Shown here in pieces: positions 1-11,039 of a stretch of 64,000 nt of DNA. Position numbers and translations under genes: made by a program. Where the stretch lies: contig OZ024753.1 of NCBI GenBank assembly GCA_964016885.1, positions 13,144,001 to 13,208,000 on the forward strand, given 5' to 3'. Numbering within the stretch: the stretch's first letter is position 1; each line of letters begins with the position of its first letter. The stretch is from Eledone cirrhosa. Its lineage: Eukaryota. Under the pieces are notes generated by a model. The model worked only from the letters and a program-made list of their open reading frames with translations. It was not told the origin of the DNA and made no database searches.

Positions 1-2
1 TT

Positions 3-701
3 TTGTATTTGGGCCTCTGTGGCTCTTTCCACCCTACGGGATTTTGTACTTACTGTACGGTACGTGACCGTACAGTGCTCTTGGGTTTCGAAAAATTTTT
101 CCGCTGCCTTGCAGATTGCTCGGTGTCCGTTCTTTGTCACCATCTTCTTCGCTTCCTCTAATTCCTCATTTGTTATGAGGATTGTTTCCAAGTTTTTCGC
201 AATACCTGCAAATGAGATTGGTTTTTCTCTGCTGTTGTTGTTGTCGTCAGAGCTGCTGGTACTTTTGTTGTTGCTGCAGGTACTACGACTACTGCCTCCG
301 CCGCTGTTGCTGTGGTTGTTGTTGGTGTTGCTGCTGCTAATGCTGTTGTTGTTTATGCTGCTGGTGATGCTGTTGCGGCTGCTACTGTTGTTTTCATTGT
401 CACTGTTGCTGTTGTTATTACGGCTGCTACTGCTATTATTCCTGACGTCAGACGAATGAACTGGGTTTTCGTATTTCCTGCACACCTGTTTCGTCGCTGT
501 CGTCGTCGTCGTGGAGAAACCTTGCACGCTTTGCACGAGACTTTTCTTTTCTTTCGTCACTTGCGAAAGAGAAGGGAGGGAGAGAGACACATTTAAAGAA
601 GGGAGGGAGAGAGACAATCTTCTCTCTGCTGTAGTGATGATTGAGGAAGAAGAAGACGGAATGAGTGGGAGTGACGTATGAAATTTCTTTTTCGTAGCCA
701 T
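3..701 (-). CDS. 5' part of an ORF running off the window start; probable ORF1/N-terminus of a retroelement
   Basis: Manually read open frame from ATG at 701: MATKKKFHTS...S/N-rich tract...REKPISFAGIAKNLETILITNEELEEAKK..., with no stop before base 1. It is absent from the ORF track. The sequence abuts a (TAA)n tract that is uninterrupted in the paralogous units (~24385, ~49990). Confidence 0.5.
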   Translation of the reverse strand, partial: MATKKKFHTSLPLIPSSSSSIITTAERRLSLSLPSLNVSLSLPSLSQVTKEKKSLVQSVQGFSTTTTTATKQVCRKYENPVHSSDVRNNSSSSRNNNSNSDNENNSSSRNSITSSINNNSISSSNTNNNHSNSGGGSSRSTCSNNKSTSSSDDNNNSREKPISFAGIAKNLETILITNEELEEAKKMVTKNGHRAICKAAEKFFETQEHCTVTYRTVSTKSRRVERATEAQIQ

Positions 702-933
702 GTTGTTTTTTGTTTAAAATGAATACAAAACCCCAATAACTGGTTATTTAACCCCGAAGGGCCAAATAACGGACAGAAAGACCCCTCTCACGAGGAGGAC
801 GGTGTCTTTATCAACAATTTGGTTCAAGTTTTAAACAATTTACAATTGTTTTAACGGTTAAAAATTACTATACCTTACAGAGCCGAGCCTCCGTCAACCA
901 TGGCATTCAATAATAATAATAATAATAATAATA

Positions 934-1120
934 ATTGTTTCTACTTTAGGCACAAGGCCAGCAAATACCCAGTGCATTACTGGTACTTTATTTTATCGAC
1001 CCCGTAAGGATGAAAGGCAAAGTCAACCTCGGCGGGATTTAAACTCATATTGTAAAGGGACGTAACTATGTTGGAAAGCATGGCGTCCGACCCTCTACCG
1101 ATACTGCCAATCCACCACCG
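934..1120 (-). mobile_element. tRNA-derived SINE (Meta-domain-like core); many copies, e.g. 8035-8253(+), 13004-13180(-), 18970-19190(+), 24444-24630(-), 41381-41603(+), 46198-46421(+), 50088-50273(-)
   Basis: tRNA-like head (TGGCAGTATCGGTAGAG...GAGTTTAAATCCCGCCGAGG), core GCCTTTCATCCTTACGGGGTCGATAAAATAAAGTACCAG, (ATT)n tail; recurs throughout the window. Confidence 0.8.
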
Positions 1121-1146
1121 TTTAATAATAATAATAATAATAATAA

Positions 1147-1290
1147 CTAGCAGAATGGCCCGGCGTTGCTCGGGATTTGCTCTAGGGTTCTTATATATTT
1201 AATATATATTTATCCTTATCGAGCTTCGGGAAATAAATACTTTTGTTTATATTTTGTTATTGTGTATGCAAAAATATCCTTACACGAATA

Positions 1291-1355
<65 letters not shown>

Positions 1356-1358
1356 ATT

Positions 1359-1411
<53 letters not shown>

Positions 1412-1843
1412 TAAAATAACAGATTAAAGTTTAAGCAAAGAATCGCTGCTTTCACCCATAACGGGATCTTCTGAAACTAAAAAAAATCAATCTGTGAACG
1501 CAGAAGTAAATATTTCGAAAAAGGTTACACACTATATATATATATAAACACACACACTATATATACATATATACACACACACATACACACAAACAGCTAC
1601 GTCATAATGTCGTAATGCAGACAGCCAGGCATACAGACAGATATTATAAGGGCGCAACGTTATATCTATGTATCTATCTAAAAAGAAAGACTGAGAGAGA
1701 GAGATCGCTAAATCGCCTAATGCCGTCCCTAGGGCATTGAACATTTGAAATATATTTTTTCTCAAAACACTCACAGGAAAATAAGTATTACATGTGTAAA
1801 GTTTGAAAACAATCGGTTGGGTGGTTCGCGAGTTTTGGGGAGT

Positions 1844-1901
<58 letters not shown>

Positions 1902-1923
1902 TTTTCTGTTTTCGATATATAGA
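1147..1923 (-). mobile_element. Non-autonomous Helitron (paralogues 13365-14031, 24657-25360, 50297-50936)
   Basis: On the minus strand: 5' TC terminus, (CTGT)n tract, GC-rich subterminal hairpin, 3' CTAG terminus, inserted at A|T with no TSD. Confidence 0.8.
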
Positions 1924-1979
1924 TAATGATGACGATGATGATGGTGGTGCTGGTTGTGTCGTTGTCTTCTTTTTCTCTT

Positions 1980-2782
1980 ATTAGTTACTGGTTGTGGTTT
2001 CCAAGGCACTAATGGGGACACAGCCTCATAGGTGGCACGTTGGCAGTGGCCAGTAAATAGGGACAGGAGAGCTTGTGTCCCATGTTATTAGTGGCTTATT
2101 TTGGTTTCCAAAGAATTAATGGGGACACAGCCTCATAGGTGGCACGATGGCAGTGGCCAGTAAATAGGGATAGGAGAGCTTGTGCCCCATGTTATTAGTG
2201 GCTTATTTTGGTTTCCAAAGCACTAATAGGGACACAGCCTCAGATGCGGCACGATGGCTGTGGCGAGTAAACAGGGATAGGAGAGCTTGTGCCTCATGTT
2301 ATTAGTGGCTTATTTTGATTTCAATTAATGGGGACACAGCCTCAGACCTGGCGCGATGGCAGTGGCCAGCAAATCTTACTCTCCTTTTACGTACAACGAC
2401 AGACATGCGTGGGAGGCCGGCATATATCTCTCTCAAAGTCAGATGTCGCCAGCTTATGTTCTGCATGTGTTGAAGCAGGAGAGTGTAAGTGCCATCAAGG
2501 TGCTTTTGTTGTTTGAATGAAAGCGTCCATGTTTCATTTCCATATAGCAAGATTGGAAGAGTTTGATTTTGGTGCGGTTGGAAAGATTTGATAAAGAGGA
2601 ATAGGGCAAGCGAGTCATACTGGAGCACACCTGCTGAGATGTCAAAGAACTCTGTTGTTCCATCAGGGGTGATGATAGTGGCACTTGTGTTGAGATACAG
2701 AGCCGTAATTGCTACCACAAGTCTTGCTGGTATGCCATACAAGCGTAGAATTTCAAAACAGACTCTCTCTGGGAATAAGATA
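1980..2782 (-). mobile_element. RTE-clade LINE RT fragment (internally deleted) with a 107-bp minisatellite at its 3' end; paralogues ~14090-15130, ~25420-26140, ~50985-52020
   Basis: Translation ILRLYGIPARLV..GVLQxDSLA..LLYGNETWTLS..RRVRFAGHCHR is typical of RTE RT. The 107-bp period was measured from CATG at 2081/2188/2295. Confidence 0.85.
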
Positions 2783-3913
2783 AAGGAAACAAACAAACAT
2801 AAACCTATGGTGATTAATGTCTTTCACAAAATATTTTGGTAATTTGTGCTCACCTGAAAGACCCAAAATCGTTGCCCTACCCCTGAGAGGCTTAGCTGAA
2901 AGACCCAAAATTGTTGTTGCCCTACCCTTGAGATGGAATTCCGAAAATGTTGCCCTACCCCAGAGATGGAATTCACAGGAACAACATTTTTGTTACCAAA
3001 GCAAGGCACCTCTTCGCTACGAACATAAACTAAGGGCCAGTGGATATTGTGTGTGTGTGTGGGCGCACATGCGTGTGCATGTGCGTAGGTGTGTGCGTTT
3101 TAGTTCTTGGGTGTGGGTGTGAGCGTGTGCTTATGTGTGATTGTGACAAGGTAAAGGGAAGGTGTGGTTATATTTCTTATTAATTAATTACCTATTTTGT
3201 CATTGAACTCTATCAAATAATGCGTTATATGATGTCTTGTTTGTTTGTCACAAAACGTTTCAAACAAGATCTCTGAAGAAATCAATACGTATGATCTATA
3301 CATGAAATAAATCGATAAAGTGCTTTCTGATAGCTCTTCCAATTAATCTCATTAATCTTGAAGTATATTGAGAAGTAAATATAAATGTATATTGTCGAGT
3401 ATATATAAATGTATATTGTCGAGTATATATAATTGTATATTGTAAAATGTGTATAATTGTATGTGTACATATCAACATGCAAGGCAGAGTATTGTGTAAA
3501 TTATCTGATATCAGTACATGAAAATAGTAACTCTTTAACTGTGTATATTTACACAGATGAAAGTTTTTCAAAGTAGATTTTATCACCTCTCTACCTTAGC
3601 TTTTAGTGAATGGACTAATTATGTGGAATATCTAGATTTCTGTATATTACACACGCACGGATATACACACACATACACAGACAGTATACATAAATATATA
3701 TATATATACATATGCATATATATATACAGACAAATATATATAGATACACATATATGTATACAGACATATATATACACATATATATAAACAAACACACATA
3801 TATACACATACACACACACACATATATATACACACACACATATATATACATATATAGACACACATATATATACACATATATATACATATATACACACACA
3901 TATATATACATAT

Positions 3914-3956
<43 letters not shown>

Positions 3957-4099
3957 TACACACACATATATATACATGTATACACACATATATAAACATA
4001 TATATAAACACACACATATATATATACATATATACACACACATATATATATAAACACACACACATATATATATACACACATATATATATACACTCATAA

Positions 4100-4149
<50 letters not shown>

Positions 4150-4190
4150 GAGGAGGTTATAGTTCACTTGAAGCATTGTGTAATGAGGTG

Positions 4191-4537
4191 TAAATGTTTG
4201 TATATGTATAATAAAGCCAAAACAATGCAGGTATGGACATAGAATAAAGAATGCAAATGCAAAAGATATTGTTGACAATTAGTCTTTTACCTTAGATTTA
4301 TTTAAATGTCCTTAATTTTCGAGATAATATCCCTTCTTCGGAGGGAAGTAAAGCGGTTAAACCAATGTTCTAAATACCGCTATAATTCCTACCGAAGAAG
4401 AGATATTATCTCGAAAATTAAGGACATTTAAATAAATCTAAGGTAAAAGACTAATTGTCAACAATATCTTTTGCATTTGCATTCTTTATTCTATGTCCAT
4501 ACCTGCATTGTTTTGGCCTTATTATACAAATACAAAC

Positions 4538-4542
<5 letters not shown>
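4191..4542. repeat. ~350-bp near-perfect palindrome (inverted Penelope pLTR pair or MITE); paralogues 16690-17041, 27647-27998, 53570-53921
   Basis: Arms of about 165 bp are reverse complements around a spacer of about 20 nt. The same ORF (MSTISFAFAFFILCPYLHC) appears on both strands. Confidence 0.9.
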
Positions 4543-4614
<72 letters not shown>

Positions 4615-4615
<1 letters not shown>

Positions 4616-5152
4616 TATTTTCCGTTGTGTTGTAATATAAATATTACACACAGTAGATTATCAGCTCACGTAGAGTTTGCTCGACGGTTCCAGTTGTAGT
4701 TCCAAAAGTAATCCGGAGAAAAATAGAAAGATTTGAATGGATACAGTTTAGTTGAAAGGAATTTATTGACACGTGTTTCTATAACAGTTACATAACCTAA
4801 AACAGCTGCTATCTACAAACTTTTAGTTATGCAGACATTCAATATTTCAATGTTATTATTTACTGTCATTTCATCAGAATAATATTACTGAGGACCTATT
4901 TAGTTTTTATAGAGAATATTAGGAGGGAGGGGTGAAGTTGTTAGAAGAATAGTTGAAGGAGTGGTTTTTCGATAGCAGTGAGAATTCTTGGTGGCAGTGA
5001 GTAATTAGATTCCCATCTGTTGTTTTGACATTTTTTATAGAATATATTATTGGTTATTTTTCTAAATCTATAGAAGGATTAGAGATAGTAAAGATATGCG
5101 TGGTTGGTTTTGTGTTTGCACTTAATTAACATTCAGACTTAAATTTTTCTTT
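4615..5152 (-). mobile_element. Probable Penelope-like 3' end remnant
   Basis: Minus-strand residual ...IKCKHKT resembles the C-terminus of the other Penelope ORFs here, followed by AT-rich UTR-like sequence. Confidence 0.35.
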
Positions 5153-5349
5153 CAAGTGTACGTATCCTTTCACCCACGCATTCACAAACAAATATATTTG
5201 CACACCTCTACAAAATACATATACTCACAATTCACATATTCATACTTACATATATATACACATGCATACACATATATATACACACATGTATTCATGTACA
5301 TACATACGCGCTCATGTGTATACATTTTCATACTCAACTTATCTTTATA

Positions 5350-5612
5350 TAAAGTTGACATGGCCCGCAGAATGTGTTCCTGGATTCTCAGAACTTTCCA
5401 GTCGAGAGAGATCCACACTATTATCCTTTTCTTCTTCACTTTTTCCCGACCCCACCTTGAATATTGTTGTCCTCTGTGGTCTCCCCACACGAAACAAAGT
5501 AACATGAAAATTGTAGCTCCTCAAAGGTCAATCACAAAATAGATAGATGGCATGACAGGCCTTCACTATTGGGGTCGACAAGAAATCTCAAACTTTATTC
5601 TCTCCAACACCT
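5350..5612 (+). mobile_element. CR1-like LINE RT fragment (same family as 33583-35397); further pieces at 28985-29298, 37771-38895, 42298-42718
   Basis: KVDMARRMCSWILRTFQSR..RPHLEYCCPLWSPH is nearly identical to the long ORF2 at 33583-35397. Confidence 0.9.
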
Positions 5613-5798
5613 GCGTGTGTGCGTGCGTGTGTGTGTGTGTGTGCGTGTGTGTGCGCTCGTACGCGCGCATGCACACATTGCATAGAAGAGCTTCTCTAAG
5701 ACTAGAACTGTTATACTCTGCTATGTATTGAGTACCTTACGTACTGTGGTTACCTCCGATTCAACCCGGAATAATTTATATATATACATATATATATA

Positions 5799-6573
5799 CC
5801 AGTCATGTCACTCTTGAGTGCTACTGGTAACATGTAAACCAGTACAACCTGTCGCATGGTCGGGTCGTCGGCGACTAAACGGGCAACCACACCAAGTTTA
5901 CTTGGTGAGGGGGGGGATTTTGGACACCCTGCAGAACAAGAAAAAAAACCTTACAAAGGGCGGAAGAACTCATAAGAGTCAACGGCCATCCAAAAATGAG
6001 TAAATATGTATATACACATATACATATGTATGTGTATGTATATGCGTGTGTATATGTCTGGGGTGTCAGGGAGGGGCATGTACCTCTGTAGGGAGAGCTA
6101 GGCATGCCCTTTTCATGACAGCTCGTCCAGCATTGGGTCCCACCTGACACTCAGCTCTCACCTGTGGCCCCAAGAAGCTGTAGAATGCGACAGCCGCCAC
6201 AAACCGGTAAACCACCTTGGGTGGCAGGCCGAACCATGTTGAGGGTAGCCGGACGGGTCTGAAACCCCCAGGTGAGTTAGATAGCGGATGCCTGCCCCTG
6301 TATGCGAAGTCTGGACCCGGCGGAGTGAGTGGAGGAGGACAACCTCGTCCCAACGGTCACAAAGGCGACGACAGCAAGCGTGTGGAGAGCTAGGGCAGGG
6401 CAAGGCACTACAGACGTCGTGGCCATCCACTGCAGCCAAGCAAGACCCTGGTCGTGACGGTCCTCCGTACCACCGGATTCTGGCTTCTGCGGCCGAGTGA
6501 GTGGGACCGTCACTGTGCACTGGCCCTCCCACTATAAACCCCGCACATGGTTTCTTCTTTAGCGTGCACTCCC
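5799..6573 (+). mobile_element. GC-rich composite resembling RTE/BovB-type LINE 5' UTR sequence; paralogues 39134-39903, 43966-44730
   Basis: GC-rich island with many self-complementary segments and no coding similarity. The TTTTCATGACAGCTCGTCCAGC motif recalls RTE 5' UTRs (from memory, not searched). Confidence 0.45.
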
Positions 6574-6886
6574 ATATATGTGCATATATGCATGTATATA
6601 TATATGTATATACATATACACAAACATATGCATATATATATGTATATACATGAATATATATGCATATACATATATGGATATATATATGTATATGCATGTG
6701 TACACATGCAAATACATATATATATGCATATGCATGTATATACTGTGTGTATCATCTGAATGAATATTATCTGATTACCTAGCATCGATTACACAACTTA
6801 TCAGGACTTTATCTAGCTTGTCAGCTTTAGCTTCTCGAACGACTAGCAAACTCTTAAAGAAATACAGTTTGTCTCTGATTTTCGAA

Positions 6887-7876
6887 ATGCATCAGATTAC
6901 AAGTATTGAAGAAGGCCAACACAGTGAAAGCTTGAAAATAAAAGACACGATATTTTTCAGGTTCCTGAAATATTTTTTAGAACATAATTATATGAGATTA
7001 AGTGAAATGATATCTTTACTGAAATCACACACGTTCAAAGCATTGGGTTTGCTAGCTATTTATATTGTGGCCTTTATATATTTGATTCTAAACCCTATTT
7101 GCCTCATTGTTAATTTAACAACCTTAAAAGGTATACCTGATGCCAACATATTTATGTATGTCTACATTACATTTTGCTGGTGTATGATGTCTGTCCTATG
7201 TTTAATGAAATATTTCAAAGAGCCTCATTTCAAGGACATAATTGAAATATTCTCCAAAATTGAAATTGAAGAGAAAGATGGAAAACTGTACAGTTTCATA
7301 TATTCATATAAGTCACTTTCTATATTAACAGCTGTGTATAGTATTTCTATCATAATTACAGAGCTCATAATACCTATTTTTAGTAAAGACAGTGATCTGT
7401 TGGATTTTCTAGTATTTCAAATGACGATGGATTATAAGTACCTCATAGTAATTTTAAAATTTACACTACAAATTCTTTCCACTGTACCGCTGTGGATTGA
7501 TCTGTATATAAGCTTTATACTTCAGCTTAATCTTACTCATGAGTTTAACAAACTGGCCAAGGAGGCTGAAGAGTGCGTAAAGGTAATGCAATCCCCCAAT
7601 TCGGATGCTATCAAGAAATATGAAGAGATTAAAGAAATATGCAACAGACAAGACAAACTGAGTTCATCACTGAGATTATTAAATGATTCTTCGCAGTATA
7701 TTTTAGGATTTCTCGTATTTGGTAGTATTCTTAGTTGTTGTATTACAACTTACGGAATAATAAATAACTTATTACAAAATCATACGGATTCATACATTTA
7801 TGTATTAATTATGGCGTTCGGCTTCCTGTCTTACTGGATTACAATAATTGTGTTGGGCCTCCGTTTACATATATCG
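6887..7876 (+). CDS. Gustatory-receptor-like (GRL/7TMIC) exon, copy 1 (TM1-TM6, 330 codons, ends at splice donor)
   Basis: About six hydrophobic helices; GRL-like motifs LxxEFNKL, (H/Q)DKLxxxLxxLND and ILSCCITTY; ends GLRLHIS|GTAAGT in phase 0. Confidence 0.75.
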
Positions 7877-8254
7877 GTAAGTCTATATATAAATGTGTAT
7901 GTCACCCATATATTTATGTTTCTGCTGTGTTTGGCACCAGCCTGGCCTTTCTTAATATAATCTTTTCTTGTGCACTCCGGTTAAACAGATCGGTAAGTTA
8001 CATCTTCGTTTTACTTTTTTTACATTTTTAGTATGATGGATTGGCAGTGTCGGTAGAGCGCCAGACACCATGCTTTGTAGCATAGTGTTATGGCCCTTTA
8101 CGTTCTGAGTTGAAATCCCGCCGAGATTCACTTTGCTTTTCATCTTTACGGGGTGGATAAATAATGTACCTGTAATGCACTGTGGTTGATTTAATCGACT
8201 TTCCCTTCCCCCAAAATTGTCGGCCTCGTGCCTAAATCAGAGATTATTATTTCC

Positions 8255-9385
8255 ATTATTATTCTTATGGCGCATCATTACTGCTTCACTATTGTATTGA
8301 TAGGACTTTTCGTAATATATGTTGTATATATTTGTAAGTCGTGGGGTACTCTATATAATATATACAGTACCTACTAGTGCTATCTGTTGTATGCTGTATA
8401 TATTTGTAAGTCCTGTGGTACTCTACATAATATATATATACAGTACCTAGTAGTGCTATCTACTGTATGCTGTATATATTTGTAAGTCCTGTGGTACTCT
8501 ATATAATATATATACAGTACCTAGTAGTGCTATCTACAGTATGCTGTATATATTTGTAAGTCCTGTGATACTCTATATAATATATATACAGGACCTAGTA
8601 GTGCTATCTTTTGTATGCTGTATATATTTGTAAGTCGTGGGGTACTCTATATAATATATATACAGTACCTAGTAGTGCTATCTTCTGTATGCTGTATATA
8701 TTTGTAAGTCCCGTGGTACTCTATATATTATATATACAGTACCTAGTAGTGCTATCTTCTGTATGCTGTATATATTTGTAAGTCCTGTGGTACTCTATAT
8801 AATATATATACAGTACCTAGTAGTGCTATCTAATGTATGCTGTATATATTTGTAAGTCCTGTGGTACTCTATATAATATATATACAGTACCTAGTAGTGC
8901 TATCTACTGTATGCTGTATATATTTGTAAGTCCTGGGTTACTCTATATAATATATATACACTACCTAGTAGTGCTATCTACTGTATGCTGTATATATTTG
9001 TAAGTCCTGTGGTACTCTATATAATATATATACAGTACCTAGTAGTGCTATCTAATGTATGCTGTATATATTTGTAAGACCTGGGGTTTTGGCTATGTAT
9101 TTGTCTGTGTGTTTTTATCATTCCTAGAACACCTATTATTATAGGTATTGTTTCTGGTTTTATTTTTCACATTCAAGTTATTTCTATCTCTCGATCTTTA
9201 TATTTGGAGAGTTTCTCCCTTTCCTTGGAAGATATATTGTCGTCTGTTGGGATTGACACATCTATTAGAAGGCATTTCTTTTCTTTGTGGTTTTGACCAT
9301 AATATCTGGTCGGTTGACTTTGATCTCTATGTCTGTATGTATTGGCATATCCCAGAGAATTGTTGCTTTGTCATTCTCTGACACT
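8255..9385 (-). mobile_element. R4/Dong-like LINE 3' end (restriction-like endonuclease) with a 74-bp minisatellite (~10 units); paralogues 19425-21522 (~22), 41605-42296 (~7), 46655-47427 (~4)
   Basis: Minus-strand translation (best read in the 19.4-21.5 kb copy): ATILWDMPIHTD..ANRPDIMV..LVDVSIP..EKLSKY..IPIIIGVLG..IQKIALLGTAHIL.KVL. The period is 74 bp (8761 to 8835). Confidence 0.8.
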
Positions 9386-9699
9386 GGGGTAATTGCTGGC
9401 TTTATGCGAGGTTAACTTTGCCTCACATCCTTACGGGGTCGATAAAATAAAGTACCAGTAATACATTGTATTAATTGCTTGCCTTGTGCCAAAAGTAAAA
9501 ATAATAATTATTATTATTATTACACATGTGGTAATTTACTGACGGGTGAGTCTTTATCCAAACTTGTTTACTTACACCTACAATGGTGGGCCGAAATTCT
9601 TATTCGTTTTAATAATTTCTAAAACAACGAAACGTGATATTGTGGTTCTGTTAATATTTTGAAAGATTCAAAATGACATGTTCAAATGTTGAAAAGAGA

Positions 9700-9973
9700 A
9701 TGGCAGCCCCTCCCCTTCTATGTAAGGTAGTAGTAGTAACCCACCCTCCTGCTATGTACAGTAGCAATAGTAACTCCCCCTCCAATGTACAGTAGCAGTT
9801 GTAACTCCCCCCTCCTATGTACAGTAGTAGCAGTAACACCTCCTCCTCCTATGTAAAGTAGCAGCCCCACGATGTGGAGTGGCTGTTCTATTGCGTGTCC
9901 CTCGCCTTCCTCCGGGTCCCAGAGATGGAGAGTAAGTTATTTAGAGGTGGAGGATACTCGTTGGGGCGTCACA
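9700..9973 (+). repeat. Short C-rich tandem repeat plus possible LTR remnant ending GTCACA; paralogues ~21840-22177, ~47745-48056
   Basis: ~30-bp CCTCCTATGTACAGTAGCAGTAGTAAC units; GCCCCACGA...TCGTTGGGGC inverted segments; CA end. Confidence 0.35.
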
Positions 9974-10248
9974 TCTATATATATAATTCCCGTTCTGTGT
10001 GTGTGTGTAAAAGAGTTTCACTTGGAAAATATTCCATCGATCTCTGCCAAATTAAACACATAGCCAAAATAGGCTACGGTTTGTAACATCAAGAAAAAAT
10101 TATTTCATAATGATTAATTTCGAAGTCACAAACTTCGATTTTATAATCCTATAGACTTTTGCACTAACAAATTCCATGACGGCCATTAAAGAGAGAGAGA
10201 GCGTTCCTTTTACACACTTCTTAACTCTCCCCCTTCCACAACACGACG

Positions 10249-10337
<89 letters not shown>

Positions 10338-10889
10338 TGCGTGTGCGTGTGCGTGTGCGTGTGTGTGTGTGTAATTTCCATAACGGCCAGAGAGAGAAAG
10401 ATGTGTGAGAAGGAGATAGAAGGAGAGGAGAGAGAGAGAGTAAAATAAAGAAAGAGAGGAGTGTGTGTGACGCGAATATGATAAATACAGCGTTTATAAT
10501 TTTAACTTATTTATTACACTTCTTAACTCCCCCCCTTCCACAACGTCACGTCTTGGGATTGTGTGCGTATGTGTGTATGTGTGCGTGTGCGTGTGTGTGT
10601 GTGTGTGTATGTTTGTGTGTGTATGTGTTTGTGTGTACATGATGGATGTTTTAAAATAGACATTGTTCAACCGACACGGCTAACGATACATTTCTCTATG
10701 TTCACATTTTAATGACACATATCTGTAAATAAAACTTGCTCTTTTTGAATACCGTCTCATTTTTTTTATTGAAAGAGTTGATCAGGTAAAATTATCCTCC
10801 AAGTTAAACATACAACACGGAAATTGACCATTAACATTGCAGCCCTACCAAGAACTGACACCGTCCAATGGACGTGGGTCATTTGCTAG
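9974..10889 (+). mobile_element. Non-autonomous Helitron unique to unit 1
   Basis: Starts A|TCTATAT, has hairpin CGTCC-AAT-GGACG just before CTAG|T. Empty sites (GTCACA|TATATA) are seen at ~22177 and ~48056. Confidence 0.9.
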
Positions 10890-11039
10890 TATATATATAC
10901 ACACATACACAAAATAAAGGAAAAGTTTGTAGATAACAAAAAACATATAACAACAACTCCAAATATAACAACAATTGCAATAACAGTCACTAAAGCTACA
11001 GAAAGTAATCACAAGAACAATAACAACAATAACAATGAA

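Noticed and set aside
19-596. Leu-rich and Val/Ala-rich plus-strand ORFs
   Set aside because: Antisense shadows of the S/N-rich minus-strand ORF.
3180-3650. Non-TE segment in each unit as a candidate downstream exon (CAG|ATGAAAGTT)
   Set aside because: The AG is lost in two paralogues (CAAATG), frames are short and there is no GR similarity. It may still be regulatory or UTR sequence.
4612-4670. Hammerhead-like CTGATAA...hairpin...GAAA on the minus strand
   Set aside because: Core mismatch, and stems I/III run into (TA)n; at best a decayed copy.
6818-6886. 23-aa N-terminal extension of copy 1 in the ORF track
   Set aside because: It starts at TTG and is out of frame in the other three copies (2-nt indel); the ATG at 6887 is the shared start.
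9578-9700. Possible Tc1/mariner TIR (TACAATGGTGGGCCGAAATT)
   Set aside because: No partner TIR or transposase found; too weak to call.
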